From Calcarisporiella thermophila CBS 279.70 (taxonomy: Eukaryota > Fungi > Calcarisporiellomycota), in assembly GCF_041956535.1 (NCBI RefSeq), contig NW_027192212.1:326970-390969 (forward strand): a stretch of 64,000 nucleotides of DNA, given 5' to 3'. The position numbers and the translations under genes are program-made. Every line of letters begins with the position of its first letter. Position 1 is the first letter of the stretch. The notes below the pieces were generated by a model, which had not been told where the DNA came from, did not search any database, and was given only the letters and a program-made list of their open reading frames with translations. Shown one piece after another: positions 12,440 to 24,765 of the stretch.

Positions 12440-13378
12440 TTACAAGCGTGTTTCTTCACTCTTTTCACTGATATTTAGAATATCTTCACGTCGCTTCCCA
12501 TTAGTAGTTGGGATTTGATCGCTCTTCTTGCTAGTAGCTACAATAGATTGCTTTTGAACGAAATCTATTGTGGCAAGCAAGATATCAGACGAACGGCAGA
12601 GCTCTTGATGCAAGAAAAAATAGTGCTTCGGAGCAGCTGTACGTTCACCGATTTTAGCAGTAACTTGCGATTTGGAAGACTCGATTAAGCGCCATGTTGT
12701 CATAGGGCGTCCGGAAGATGGCTCAAGATCACCAAGAGTCGCTTTAGTTTCGTGGATACGCCCTAAAAACGTCAGCGTCTCCAGTGCAATCGGCGTCTTT
12801 GCGTTGATCTGCTCGGCTGTTAGGGTATCAACTTGAAATTTTATCACATAAGGCCCAAGTAACCAGTTAATTCTATGGAATTAAAATAGTTTGTAAGAAT
12901 AGCAGCAATAACTAAAAAAAAAATATCGCAATATATCGTACAGAAAAGTAGAAAGACTGCTGGTCGAAATAGCTAAGATTTAATCAAAATTAAACTTTTG
13001 TATTCTTTGGGGCAATCGAAGAAATATCAGATTACCTGCACCCGCTAATGCGCAACGAGCAGCCAATGTGATTTCCTCTGCTCCGACAATAAATATTAAT
13101 GGAGTCAATGCAAGAGAAGCTCCAAGAGAACACACAGAAAATATCTTTAAACGTTTTGCGACTGTTCCTAGAGGGCCGTAATATTGGGTTTTCGATGGCT
13201 GCAAATCAGATTTGGTAGCGATGTTATCCTTAAACGTTGCAAAATATTGTTGTTGCACGCATATTTGCTTGTAGTTGATCCAGCTGGGAGATTGCAAAGG
13301 ATTAAAACATGGACGGGATCGCGCAGCTCTATAGGTATACGACTGTCCAAGTCGGTGTGATGCACGAATGCAATTCAT
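12440..13378 (-). CDS. TMEM70/TMEM186/TMEM223-family mitochondrial inner-membrane protein (3 exons)
   Basis: Mitochondrial presequence; YYGPLGTVAKRLKIFSVCSLG; two hydrophobic segments; PYV; ETLTFLGR; PMTTW. Confidence 0.65.
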
Positions 13379-13581
13379 TCTATTATTTTTGTCGGATATA
13401 GTTTAAAGAATAAACAGTCGTAAAAAATTAAAAAGTAATAATTGAAGTTAATTTAAGGGTTGACGTGGAGTTAATTTAACAACTCTGTTTAAACGAAATC
13501 CTTAATTAGTGTCAAGCTATAATATCAGCTTTACCTTACATCAAATATCCATTAGCCACATTACCATCCAAAAGACCCTAT

Positions 13582-15135
13582 ATGCTATTGAGCGATAGCC
13601 TTTTTCCAGTTTCTGCTGATGCTAGTAGTCAAACTGCTTTTCAACCACAGAAATTTACAGAGGAAATTATACAACCACTTCCGATACAATACGCTAGCCG
13701 TTCGATGGATAACCATACAGAAGATACTGAAAAACCTGGCTACTGGATTAATCTACTCAGAAAAAATACACTTGATATTAATCTTCCTTTGTCACTGTCT
13801 CCAAAAGAGGGACGCGGAAAACACAAGGCGAGCGATACTGACCAAAACGATACTATATGCAAAAAAAAGACGCAAGTGAGAGCAGCAGTAGATAAAGCTC
13901 ATAGGAAAAAATCTCACAATAAAAAAAGCGACGGTCAAACAAAGCCAGCAGCTACAGCATTTGTGTTTTTTTCTCGATCCGAGAGGTTGATTTAGTTACT
14001 CCAAATATCTAGATTGTATGCTAATGTTTATTATAATTAGAGCGCGCGAGATACTCAAAGGTAAGCAAGGTAATAGAAATAAAATACTCGGAACAGTCTG
14101 GAGGGAAATGCCACAAGATGAAAAGAATGTATGCGTATATATACCTTTTATTTTAATATTGGATTTTATTTATTATCGAGTATATGCAGGACTATATTGA
14201 ACAATTTAAACGAGAGCGGGCTATATTAGCGAACACACCAATAACCAAGGCAAGCTTAAATATCATTTTGTATGTTTGAAAGTCGAATATGAATTGAATA
14301 TAGTTCAATTGGCGCTTCCGGTTCTTTTCCGCCTATATCGTGTCTTTTTGTTCTTTGTGGTTGTATGTATTGTGACCATTAGAAAACTCGTAGCCAAGAG
14401 CAAGATAACCCTGCACTTGTTAACAACGAAATAAACCCTTCGAAGAGCAGTCAAAAATCACCTATTCACACTTGGGCTGATTCTAATGGTGCTTCATTGC
14501 AACTTCCTCAAAATCCTGCAACTATTGCGAATCTATCACCTGGTCTTTATGAAGCAACCCTTGAGGCGGAATCTGGGAAATCCTACTTAAATACTTTTTC
14601 AAATAACCTGGCAATGCAAAATTGGCACCACAGAAATAACTCGATTCACCCTCAATATAGTCAAATGCCTATATCTGGACCTTTGTTTGGCGAATTCTGC
14701 GCATTGCCGATATTCGCACGCGAAGATAATATAGTCCAGCCTCTGAAAAACAGTTGGGATTTTTCAACCATTAAACTTGAAAGCTTGGATACGACCGGGT
14801 GGGACAACGCTTTTATTACACCTAACCTGGTGACTGACGAGATATATCCCCGCAAACCCGAGTATATTCGAAGATACATCGGAAATGATATAAATTTTCA
14901 GAGTTGTAGAATAGGTGCAAGACCTATAGACATGAATAGCCTTCACTATCGTCACTTGGTTAGCACTCCTGCAAAATTTTATCATCCTCAATCAGATATG
15001 CAGACACATCAAGTTGCGACAGTTTGTGAAAGAAATTTGATGCCTATGATGGGATATAACGCAAACTCTAGCTATACTTGGATTCAAAGGAAAGTTCCTT
15101 ACCTTAGCAATCAATTTTCGAGTGCTTGGTATTAA
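13582..15135 (+). CDS. Divergent HMG-box DNA-binding protein (probably 4 exons, one putative GC-AG intron)
   Basis: Spliced KPAATAFVFFSRSER|AREILKGKQGNRNKILGTVWREMPQDEKN|DYIEQFKRERA fits the HMG-box pattern (P..AF..F ... KILG..W..M...EK..Y). A long S/P/N-rich C-terminal exon (ORF 14497..15135) follows. Confidence 0.65.
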
Positions 15136-15501
15136 TGCAACTAGTAGATATAGCTATTCTCAATTATTTTATCCGATAATTTCTGTCAAATTCTAAAGAG
15201 TACGGTTTTAAATGGTTTTACGTTCAATAAAAATCAATATGGCACCATTGAAATTCCAGGTAAATTTATGTAAAAAAAATAATACAAATTGTCAGTCGTA
15301 AATATTATTAAACAGTCGACTCATATTTTTTGCTCTACTATGTGATAGCATTTAATCCTTCCTAGTTTACCTCAAATTTCTGTGTAATTTTATTTACAAT
15401 ATTCTAGGTGATATTCTATATTGTCATCTGTTTATTATTTTATCTTATTCCAATTTTTACATCTCGAGAATTCTAATTAAATAGATAAATATTAGTATCG
15501 A

Positions 15502-15509
15502 TGACGTCA
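15502..15509. promoter_or_regulatory. CRE/ATF palindrome TGACGTCA upstream of NUP2
   Basis: Perfect 8-bp palindrome about 290 bp upstream of the start codon; function is untested. Confidence 0.3.
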
Positions 15510-15790
15510 CCCGACGCAATAGGTTAGCTTTTATGACGGTTCTATTAAGATGGTGTTTATTTAGGTAGCCTCTAAAAGTAAATTCAACGGCGGTTTTTAA
15601 TCGCAATTCTTCTCGATTGTCGGATATCTTTACATCCTTTCTTGTTGCTCAGATTTTCACACAATCCATCCCAACACGTGTCCTCTCTTTTCTTCTTCAC
15701 ATAACCCCATTTTCCCCATTCAATAACGTCTCGAGTGCATGTCTTGCACATCTTATTTACTTTAGTTAAAAAGCAAATTTTGAATATAAG

Positions 15791-18700
15791 ATGAGTAAAA
15801 GGGCAAACGATTTTGATGACAATCGTGCAGGAAAAAGAGGATCCGGTGGTGATCTGCCCTCTGATCAAGAGTTCGATCAATCTGTAAGGGAGTTGTAAAA
15901 GAAATATTTTTATTTCGGATCCATAACACCACTTTTTATTGTGTGTAGTCCACTGGTGATCAATCTTCTCAACAGGCTTCAGCCGATGTCCTTGCAAACA
16001 GAACGTAAGCTTTGGGTGAACCATATTGACGTCTATCAAAATTTTAACAATATTTTATTATAATTAAATACAGTATTAAAAAACCAAGATCCCTCCGCGA
16101 TCGCCTTGGCCCGAAGGTAGGAAACATATTTTCAGCGCAAGAGTTTACATTTTCTAATTCTGCTTCATATAGGCTTTACAAAATTCTGCCAATACTTCGT
16201 CAACTACTCCTATATCTGGATTCAGCTTTGGAAATTCAGTACAAGGTAAAATAAGATTTTACAATTTTTGAATATGCATTCTAACTCTTCTGCTACAGCA
16301 AAGCCAATGTCTGCATTTTCTTTCACCGCCCCCACCTCTTCTTTAATTAACACAACATCAGCGAACGAGCCAACTAGCAAACCTGATAGCGAAAATTTGT
16401 TTGGGAATTCGATTTTCAAAGGATTTGGGGCCTCTGCTGAGGGTTCGGCACCTACAAGTAACAATACAATGCCTTCAGCTATGACTTCGTTCACGTTTGG
16501 TGCACCAGCTTCAAAAACGGAGGAAAATGATAAACCTAAACCCACTCCTGCATTTGGCTTTTCTTTTGGTTCTTCAGCGCCGTCAAAGGAAACTGCTACT
16601 GAAAAACCTGCGTTTTCGTTTGGTGCATTTTCTAACCTCCAAAAGTCGAATGTATCTACCAAGCTCGATGCACCAACTATACCTCAATTTGGTACATTGT
16701 CGGCGGAAAAGAAAGATTCAACAGAGACTCCAGGATTTTCAATTGCGCAAACACATGCTCCATCTTTTGGCACTTTTGCAAAGTCGCAGGCTAATGAACC
16801 TACCATAACCCCAAATCCCCCCGTGTTTTCTTTTGGTGGACCGGGAGCTCAGAAAGGCGTACCGAATATACAGCAAAATGCTGCACCTGTGAATTCGGGG
16901 TTGTTTTCTATAAGTGCACCCGCTGATGCCCAAAAGAAGGAAGAGTCGGGTAAACTAGCGACTTCTCCAGAACTCAAAAGTGTTTCCCCGGTGAAAGGCG
17001 ATGATACGAATGCTATGAAACCCCCTATATTTTCATTCAGTGGCCTAAATGCTCCGCAGAAGGTCGACACCAAACTCGATACTGCTGCCACTCCTTTCGG
17101 TGCGCCTTTTAATGAGAATAAGAATGACCTTATAAAAAAAGCGCCCATGGTTCCGTTCGGTGCCTCTCTTAGCAAGGACGAGAAAAACTCCGCTAATATC
17201 ACAACTACAACTCCATTTGCATTTGGTTCTATTACGACTAAGGCGGATACAACAGCTATTAAAACACCACAGTTTTTTGTTGAAACAACACTTGAGAGCA
17301 ATGCAACAAATAAATATCCAATATCGAAGACCGAGCCAGCTATCTCTCAATCTAGTGTGCCTGATTCTCATCCAAGTTTACTTGGCGAAGGATCTGTAAT
17401 TGCCGATACCACCATGGCGGATGTAAGCACTGTCTTGGATGTTCCAACGAATACTGTTGCCAAAGAAACGATTGCCCGTAAAGAAAAACTATTCAAACAT
17501 TTGCGAGCATTGAATATCAAGTTGCTGAAGCACATGGAGAATCATCTAAAGACGGATGAGCTCTGCGATTTTACCCAAGCATTTGAACTATATTTGCGAC
17601 GCAGGAGAGAGCTTACATCTGAGTATCAGGATGTGATATCTACAGCCCCTTCCAGCACTGTATCACCTAAGTTTTCATCTACTTCTTTACCCAATTCACA
17701 GGGCATCAATCCTCCTCTTCTTGCAACTTCTATTTCGTCCAAATCTGCTACTGCTATGCCTGGCGAGGCTTCTAACGATAAGATTATCTCCACACAGAAG
17801 CCCAAAGGTTTTGCGCCATTTGTTCCGCGAACAGAGACACAAGATGAGGCTGTCAGTAGCTTCAAACCTATCTCTCTAGAAAAAGCAAAGTTTACTCCGT
17901 TTGCCCCGCCTTCGAGCAGCATTACCTCTACCACTCTATCCGAAAATAAGACAACTGAGAAAGAGAGCACTGAAACGTCCTTTGAAGCGAAGCCAAGTGA
18001 ACCTGCAAAACCCGCACCGTTGGCAAGCTTTTCATTTGGAATTCCAGTTAATAATAGCAAGACAGAGGTGACTAAAGAGGCCGGTCAGACTAAGATTACA
18101 TTTGGCGCAAAGCCTGCTCAACCAACTGTTGAACCGGAGAAGTCCGAATCTTCGACTAGCTTTACGTTTGGAACAACTACCGAGCCGAAAGCAAATGCCT
18201 TTGGCTTTACTGCACCCGTTAAATCTCAGTTTGGTTTGTCTAATACAATAAAGGATGATGCGCCAGCTAAATCAACGACATCGTCGGGTTTCACATTTGG
18301 TGCTTCTACGCCTGCAACAAGTGGGACAGTTAATCCTTCTTCATCCTCTGGCTTCTTTTTCGGGATCCCTGCCACAGACAATGCCACCGAGAGTGGACGT
18401 TCTGCTTTCTCTACTGGATTTTCCTTTGGATCTATAAAAAATACTAGTTTAGAGGGTAAATCTCCTTCAGTGTCTTCGAGATCGGCTGGTGCGCCGTCAT
18501 TATTCAGTGCAGGAACAAATTTGAAACTGTCAGAAGAGAAACCAGCTGCTCCATTCAGTTTTGGTACGGCAATAGCTGAGACCACAAAATTCGCTCCACC
18601 TACTAGCACTTCCACTGCATCAAGCGCTATTGAAGCCAATAAGTCGACTCCGGTTCTATCATCAAAACAAGATGGGTTAAAATTCAAGGCTACTCCAATT

Positions 18701-19450
18701 TTCGGTAATTCCAGTCCTGCGCAAGAGGGAACTCTTCCGGTGTCTGAATCTACCCAGCCTAGTTCCACTGGTTTCGCCGCTAAGTCGGGTGATACCCCAT
18801 CGTCTTTACCTTTGAGTGCAGTGGCCGGAACGACGGCCATTGAGAAACCATCTAATGCTAGCGACACAGCTCAAAAAGAAGGTCCTACGAGCCAGGTATT
18901 CATATTTATATTTAGTTTAATAATTTCAGCTATTTTCTAACTCGCTCATTCCTTCCTCTACAAAAAGCAACAAGAAGAAACGGAAAACGCTCCTGTCCCG
19001 GCCTCACCTCCCAGAACGGAGCTAGTATCGCGAGGCGATGGAGAGGAGTCCGAAGAAACTGTTCATTCTGTGCGCTGCATTCTCTTTAAATTCAAAGAGA
19101 AAGAAAAAGGTGGCGATTTTGCGAATTTGGGCATTGGGTTGTTTAAAGTGAATGAGGATAATGAAACTCGGAAGCGAAGAATTCTTATCCGCGCTGAGCG
19201 TACTGGTAAACTACTAATGGTAAGCACTTTACTTTTTTTTTTTCTAGCAGCTTGATTAATGCTTTTTTTTTTTCAGAACACTTATTTCTATCCAGGCATG
19301 AAATTCAAAATGAATGAGGATAATTCGAGAGTATTTATATCATTTGGACTGTTTGAGGAAGGAAAAATCCAAAGGTATCTAGTGCGTATCAAGAAAAAAG
19401 AAGATGCCGAAGAGCTTTTAGATATTTTAAACAAAAGCGTCGACTCCTAG
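15791..19450 (+). CDS. NUP2: FxFG nucleoporin Nup2/Nup50/Nup61 with C-terminal RanBD1 domain
   Basis: N-terminal importin-alpha-binding MSKR...ASADVLANR|..IKKPR; many FSFG/FTFG repeats; Nup50-like helix LRALN...LCDFTQAFELY; RanBD GEESEETVHSVRCILF...GIGLFKV...RILIRAE.TGKLLM|N. Confidence 0.88.
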
Positions 19451-19788
19451 TTTAATTTATTTCTTTCTATCTGGTGTAAGTGTATGGTTAAGGGAGAAGT
19501 GAATTTGAACTTTTTTCCTTGATTTGAGTTTGTTTGCGGAAACTTGGAGATGTATATACAAAGCTTATTTTAATATGAACTCTCTAAAACTTATTTCAAT
19601 TATTACCCTGACTAAAGAAGACTGTATAATGTGCTGTAAATTACGGACAAAACTCGAGATGTCAAAAAAAAGGTATTTTTATTAAAAACATATACAATGA
19701 GAGGGAAAACAAAACGAAACTAAACTTTCCCAAAACGAAAACAAAACATAATATATAAAAAGCATGTAATAATACCACTTCTATAAAA

Positions 19789-22695
19789 TCACTTTTTCCT
19801 AATCTCATGCAAGGTCACATGTGAACGGAACATTCGTTCTAATCCCACTTCACCCTCCATCTTCTGTCGTGTTCGTTGGTGATACCCTTTTAACGAGACT
19901 CCTAACAAGCCTCCCTGATTCGACGAACTTGGAGGGGAAGAGTGGTTGGTCAAAGAAGTGGAGCTTTGTTGCATTGCTGACTTAGCCCAGCCATTCAATC
20001 GTGAACGGGGATCGCTATTATGCAGCAGGGTATTTCCGCCGCCATCATTTGCGGATTCGGACGAGTTAGGTTTGGTATGCTACATCAATTCTACAGTTAA
20101 AGGCTTTTGCTATGAAATACATGGAATGCGTAGTAGTACCCTCGGAAATTGAGTGTCCGATGATGAAGTCGGTAGATTATGCAAATTGACAGGCGATGAC
20201 AACCTTTCTATGGGCTTTTCGAGCTTTTCAGGTAGAGGTACTCGTTTCAAGGTGTCTAATAAAACCACAGTGGTAAATCAATTCCGATTATGCATCATTT
20301 TCCTCTTTACCATTCAAGGACACAGTTAGAGGTTTTTTACTGCTCTCTGCTACACCGATTTTCCGCACTTCCCAGATCTTCTTATTCGCTTGCATGTAAT
20401 CGACGCAATATTCTAGTTCTAAATTATGCATAAATTTGGGATTAATGGCCATCCAACAAAAACAATCTCTGGCCATGTTTACCAGGTATAAGATCCTGCA
20501 CCACTTCATAGAGAGGAAGCGCAATACCCGATATGAAACCAATTTGTGAATCAGCGAGAGTCACTTTTTCCCTATCAAACATCGGCAGCACAGGCAGTTC
20601 TATTTCACGCTCCAGATCACCCTGACTCGTAAATTCTTCAAGGAGTCGTTTTGACCACCACTGAGCAACATGAAAAGGCCGAGCACAATTGCTGATATCC
20701 GCGCATTTAATTAAAGCACCGCAAATTAGTAAGCGTTCTTGCTCCATATCTGCTGGCTCGCCCTCGGCTTTAAATCGATTAATTTGATCCTTGAGTTTAG
20801 AAATGTAGTCCCAGTGAAGTGCCATGTCAGTCGCCAACACAGAACTGGTGATGATTTTTCGGAAGCCTAATTATTTAAATACGGCCAGGACAGTATGAGG
20901 ACTTTTCCTATGCATATACGTTTTGCAATAGTACGCACCCATGTATTTCGCATCAGTTGAGTCACAATCCAGGCCGCAAAACCCATGCTTTTTCAAGAGT
21001 TGAAAAAGCGCCATAGAATGGAAATTCTCCAAGACGGATCGGTCGTTATAGAGCATTGCGAGAGGACACTCCAAGTTGATCTATACAAACCGAAAATTAA
21101 TCATACAACGTACTGAAAACTATTTACAAAAACTATGTACCAGGAATAAGTTATTCACTCCAGGATGTCCAACGTCGTGACCGATAGTGGCGACCAGAAG
21201 CGCAAGAATATCAATCGGTCTAAACAGCTGCTGCACCCTGAAGCCATCCTTGAAATTAGATATTGACCGGCGTCGAAATCTTGGACGAGTAGGAAGCGTT
21301 GGGCTACCCTCTCCGAGTGGTGGTAGCAGCCCCATTTGTAGTAAAAAGTAATAAGTGGATTGTAGTACATCAACGGCATGTACGAAATTATGATAGGGAT
21401 TGGTGTGGTGGTAGGTATTGCGAATCGCAAAGATAAATCGCTGGAGCAATTCTGCAAAGGAAAAAGATGTTAATATAGCTGGGTAGGAAAAAGGGAAGCA
21501 AGGGGAAAAAGTACCCTTATTAACAAAATCCGGGTCATCTACAAGAGTAACCGCTTGCTCTAACATGAGATAAACGCATCGCAGCAAATCTTCCTCGGTC
21601 ATCTCTTGCGGCCAAAAATCCCAGCTACACACGCGGGACTTCAAATAATTAACTCGCTCCTCATCGGCAGCCGCATCCAAACTAAATTACCAGCATTAAT
21701 ATTGCGTCAGGCGTATAGAGAACCGCTAATATTACCATAAGAAATTGTACTGTTCGACAGATGCCAGACTCGGATTGAAGTATTCCAGCAAAATATCACA
21801 TAACCTAAAAATAAAAATAAAATTAAAATTAGCACGAGAGAACTCTAAACTATTCGAATGGATCAAAAGAGGGAATTAATATGGGGGAAATGGCTACCAT
21901 TGATCATTTACAAATATGTCCCGCCAGCGGTCTTGGAGATGGTTCCAGGGTCTTACACGTTGAGATGAAGTAGGAACACTACCGATTGCTCTGCTTGAAA
22001 AAGTCGGTTTATTTCGAATCGGTTGATATCTGAAGAGATTCTATATTTTAAAGATTGAGGTTATAAAATGCCCATCAGAGTCTTCATTTTATTACACATA
22101 CCAAAAATAATGTCCGTATCGTCTCTCGTCGCAGCGGTTTTATTAAATAATCTGCAGCACCTTCTCTTAGACACTGAAGCATGAGTTTCTGAGTATCATC
22201 TTTCGAACAAGCTGTTGCAAAAAAAATTAGAATAAGCAAATATATAATAATGAAAATAATACGGACCAACTGGAACTACGTTATGCAGTTTGCCAGACTC
22301 GATTTCTCTTGTAATCCTCCGTAAAAAATTTATTGAACTTAAATTATCGGGTTCAGCTGAGGTGTAATCAAGATCGATGAGAAGTATGGTAGGCAATACA
22401 CCGACACGCGGTCGACGATCGAGATAATCAAGGGCACGATTCCCCGATGAGATGAAAATAACTAAAATTTGAATTCTCATAAGTTTAAATTATCGAATAT
22501 TACAGGAGAAAAAAATAAAATAAAATCCATACCCTCGGCGAAAGATTCAAGGAGCATTTCTGTTAATTCATCAGCTGGCTGTTCGGTGTCGCATGCAGAG
22601 TCTGGATGTTCACGCTGTCGGTAGGTAAGAGTACTATTGGGCTGCCCAGAAAGGGTGGAGTCGACCACCAGGATCGAGCATCGCGTTAGATCCAT
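19789..22695 (-). CDS. PDE2: Class I cyclic-nucleotide phosphodiesterase with N-terminal response-regulator receiver domain (RegA-like architecture)
   Basis: REC: ILVVDS...SGNRALDYL...ILLIDLD...VVPV|ACS...CLREGAADYLIKP. PDEase_I: PYHNFVHAVDV, HDVGHPGVNN, LYNDRSVLENFH, LATDMALH, IKCADISN, SQIGFI. Confidence 0.9.
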
Positions 22696-23120
22696 ACAGT
22701 AAAAATCATACAAGACACTTTCTTGTGCAAGGAAATAATAGCGTGGAGATAGAATGTAGAGAGAGGTTGGGGGGAGAAAAGAGAGGACAAAGTATATAAC
22801 GTGAATGCTAAATGCTTAAAAATCTTGATCTGTAATATATATATTTCAATCAAAGCATTGAAAAGTCTGCTCCTTGATTAAAAACAATATGTATAGAATA
22901 AAAAATACACAATAGCTTTAAGCCGTACGGCTATAGATTACTAGGGGAGCTACTTGCAATATACCAGGAGTTTAGAACGGTTTTCTCTCTGTTCTGCCTC
23001 CACAAACAAACAAGCGGAGATTGCCTTCCTTGCCGTTAATTCGCTCGAAAATGAAAACGTCATCAATTTGAGCATAAAATAGGGCATAGAAAAGTCATAT
23101 TCAGGTATACATAATGAAGT

Positions 23121-24089
23121 GATGGACGGAACAGGAGCTACGACAGGCATATCGAGAGCCAGCCACCATAGAGATGCAGATGCCTCCACTTTGGTACCAA
23201 AAATCATCGGCAATGAAACAGCCCTAGCTGGTATTGGACTAGAACGAGGAGACGATGAGGACAAGGGATCTGAAGACGAAGAAATAACTGAGGCGGGGAT
23301 GACGGAGAAAGAAATAGAGGACAAGCTAGAAGAATTGCGCGAAGAGAAGCACCGATTATTCTTGATCCTTAAACAAATGATTACAGCACGAGAAAAACAG
23401 AAAGAACAGCAACTTAACACAGCCGAAAAACCATTTGGAACAAGGTAAAACCCCTGTGATCTTCGTTCATAATATGCACATAGAGTAATATGTTTATTTA
23501 TATTAAAAGTAACACATTATCATCGACATCGCCCAATTTTCCTTCGACACAGTCATCAGAGCATCCCATTTCAACTCGCCCTATCGTGGAACGCACCACT
23601 CCAGATGCGCGATTACCACCTGGAATAAACCAATCTCCCGACGCAAAAACACTTGCTCTGAATTCATATTCGGATATATCACCAGCAAAACGACAGCGTA
23701 CTCCCTCACCCCCAGGCACAGCTCATAAACAAGCTCGGCGCGATTACTGGGCTCGCGAAATGAGCATGGTTCCACCACCAACAGCAAGCGCGGCTGCAGT
23801 AGCTGGCCCAATGGGAAGACGAGGTAGATCTTATGGGCGAAACTACCATAATCGCTCCATGCAATCGCATGTTCGCCCTTACCAGCGACCGCCGCCACCA
23901 CCAGTCCCTCACCCTCCATCCTTATCCTCTCCTATCTCGCATTCCGCTTCTTCTTCTCTACCAGGAAGATCCATCATTTCAAATAGGCAGCCTCCACCTC
24001 CTGGTGGCACCAGCAGCAGAATTCCACCTCCAATGCCTCGAATGGCAATGAGACCCGCCCCTCATCCTCCTCCAGGAACACGTCACTGA
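23121..24089 (+). CDS. Coiled-coil plus Pro-rich disordered protein, GPS2-like (5' end uncertain; possible upstream exon at about 22916-22979)
   Basis: ORFs 23119..23448 and 23490..24089 are joined by an intron at about 23445-23509. KLEELREEKHRLFLILKQMI resembles the GPS2 coiled coil. Confidence 0.6.
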
Positions 24090-24765
24090 GTAGAAACCGC
24101 CTAAGCCCTAGCTATTTTTCCGGGGGAGTTTGCCTTCAGTATTTTTCCCGTCATTTACCACTTTGCCTATAATCTCTGTTTTCATTATTACCATTCCCTA
24201 TTCGTCTTCTGTACAGTCTTCTCAGTTGATTAATAATAGTTTTAATAATAATACTATACTTATAATCATGCAGGTGATTTTGTTTACTCGGTTCCTGTGA
24301 ATGCGGTGCAGGATGGTAAAGGAAATATTGCACAAGCACAAACAGGTTTTTCTCAACTCAACGTGATCGTATCCTATGCGGCGCAGCACCCAATTTGCGA
24401 TTAAAACGAGAACAAAAAAACGGAGCGCGGGAAAAGATTTGTTTTTTTCAGACCTGTATTTTTTTCGCATTATTTTATACCGTCGCCTCTGCCACCCCTT
24501 CTTTTCTTTTCTTACGCTTGCCTCCTCCGCTTTCCCATTTCCTCCCTTTTTTTTAGAATTTAACGTCCTTCGAATATTTATCGTGTGTGTTGGATAAGTT
24601 TCCGCGTCAACTTTGCTATCTGGGTATGTACATGTATATCCGCTACGGCTTCTATTTTCACCTAGATAACATAAATCTTGCCTTCGAATCCAGTTAGCCT
24701 CATAAGAACGCGCGTATCTTTGTTAATATTTGTCTCCAGTTTGTCACGAGTTAATTCCAGCTTCA

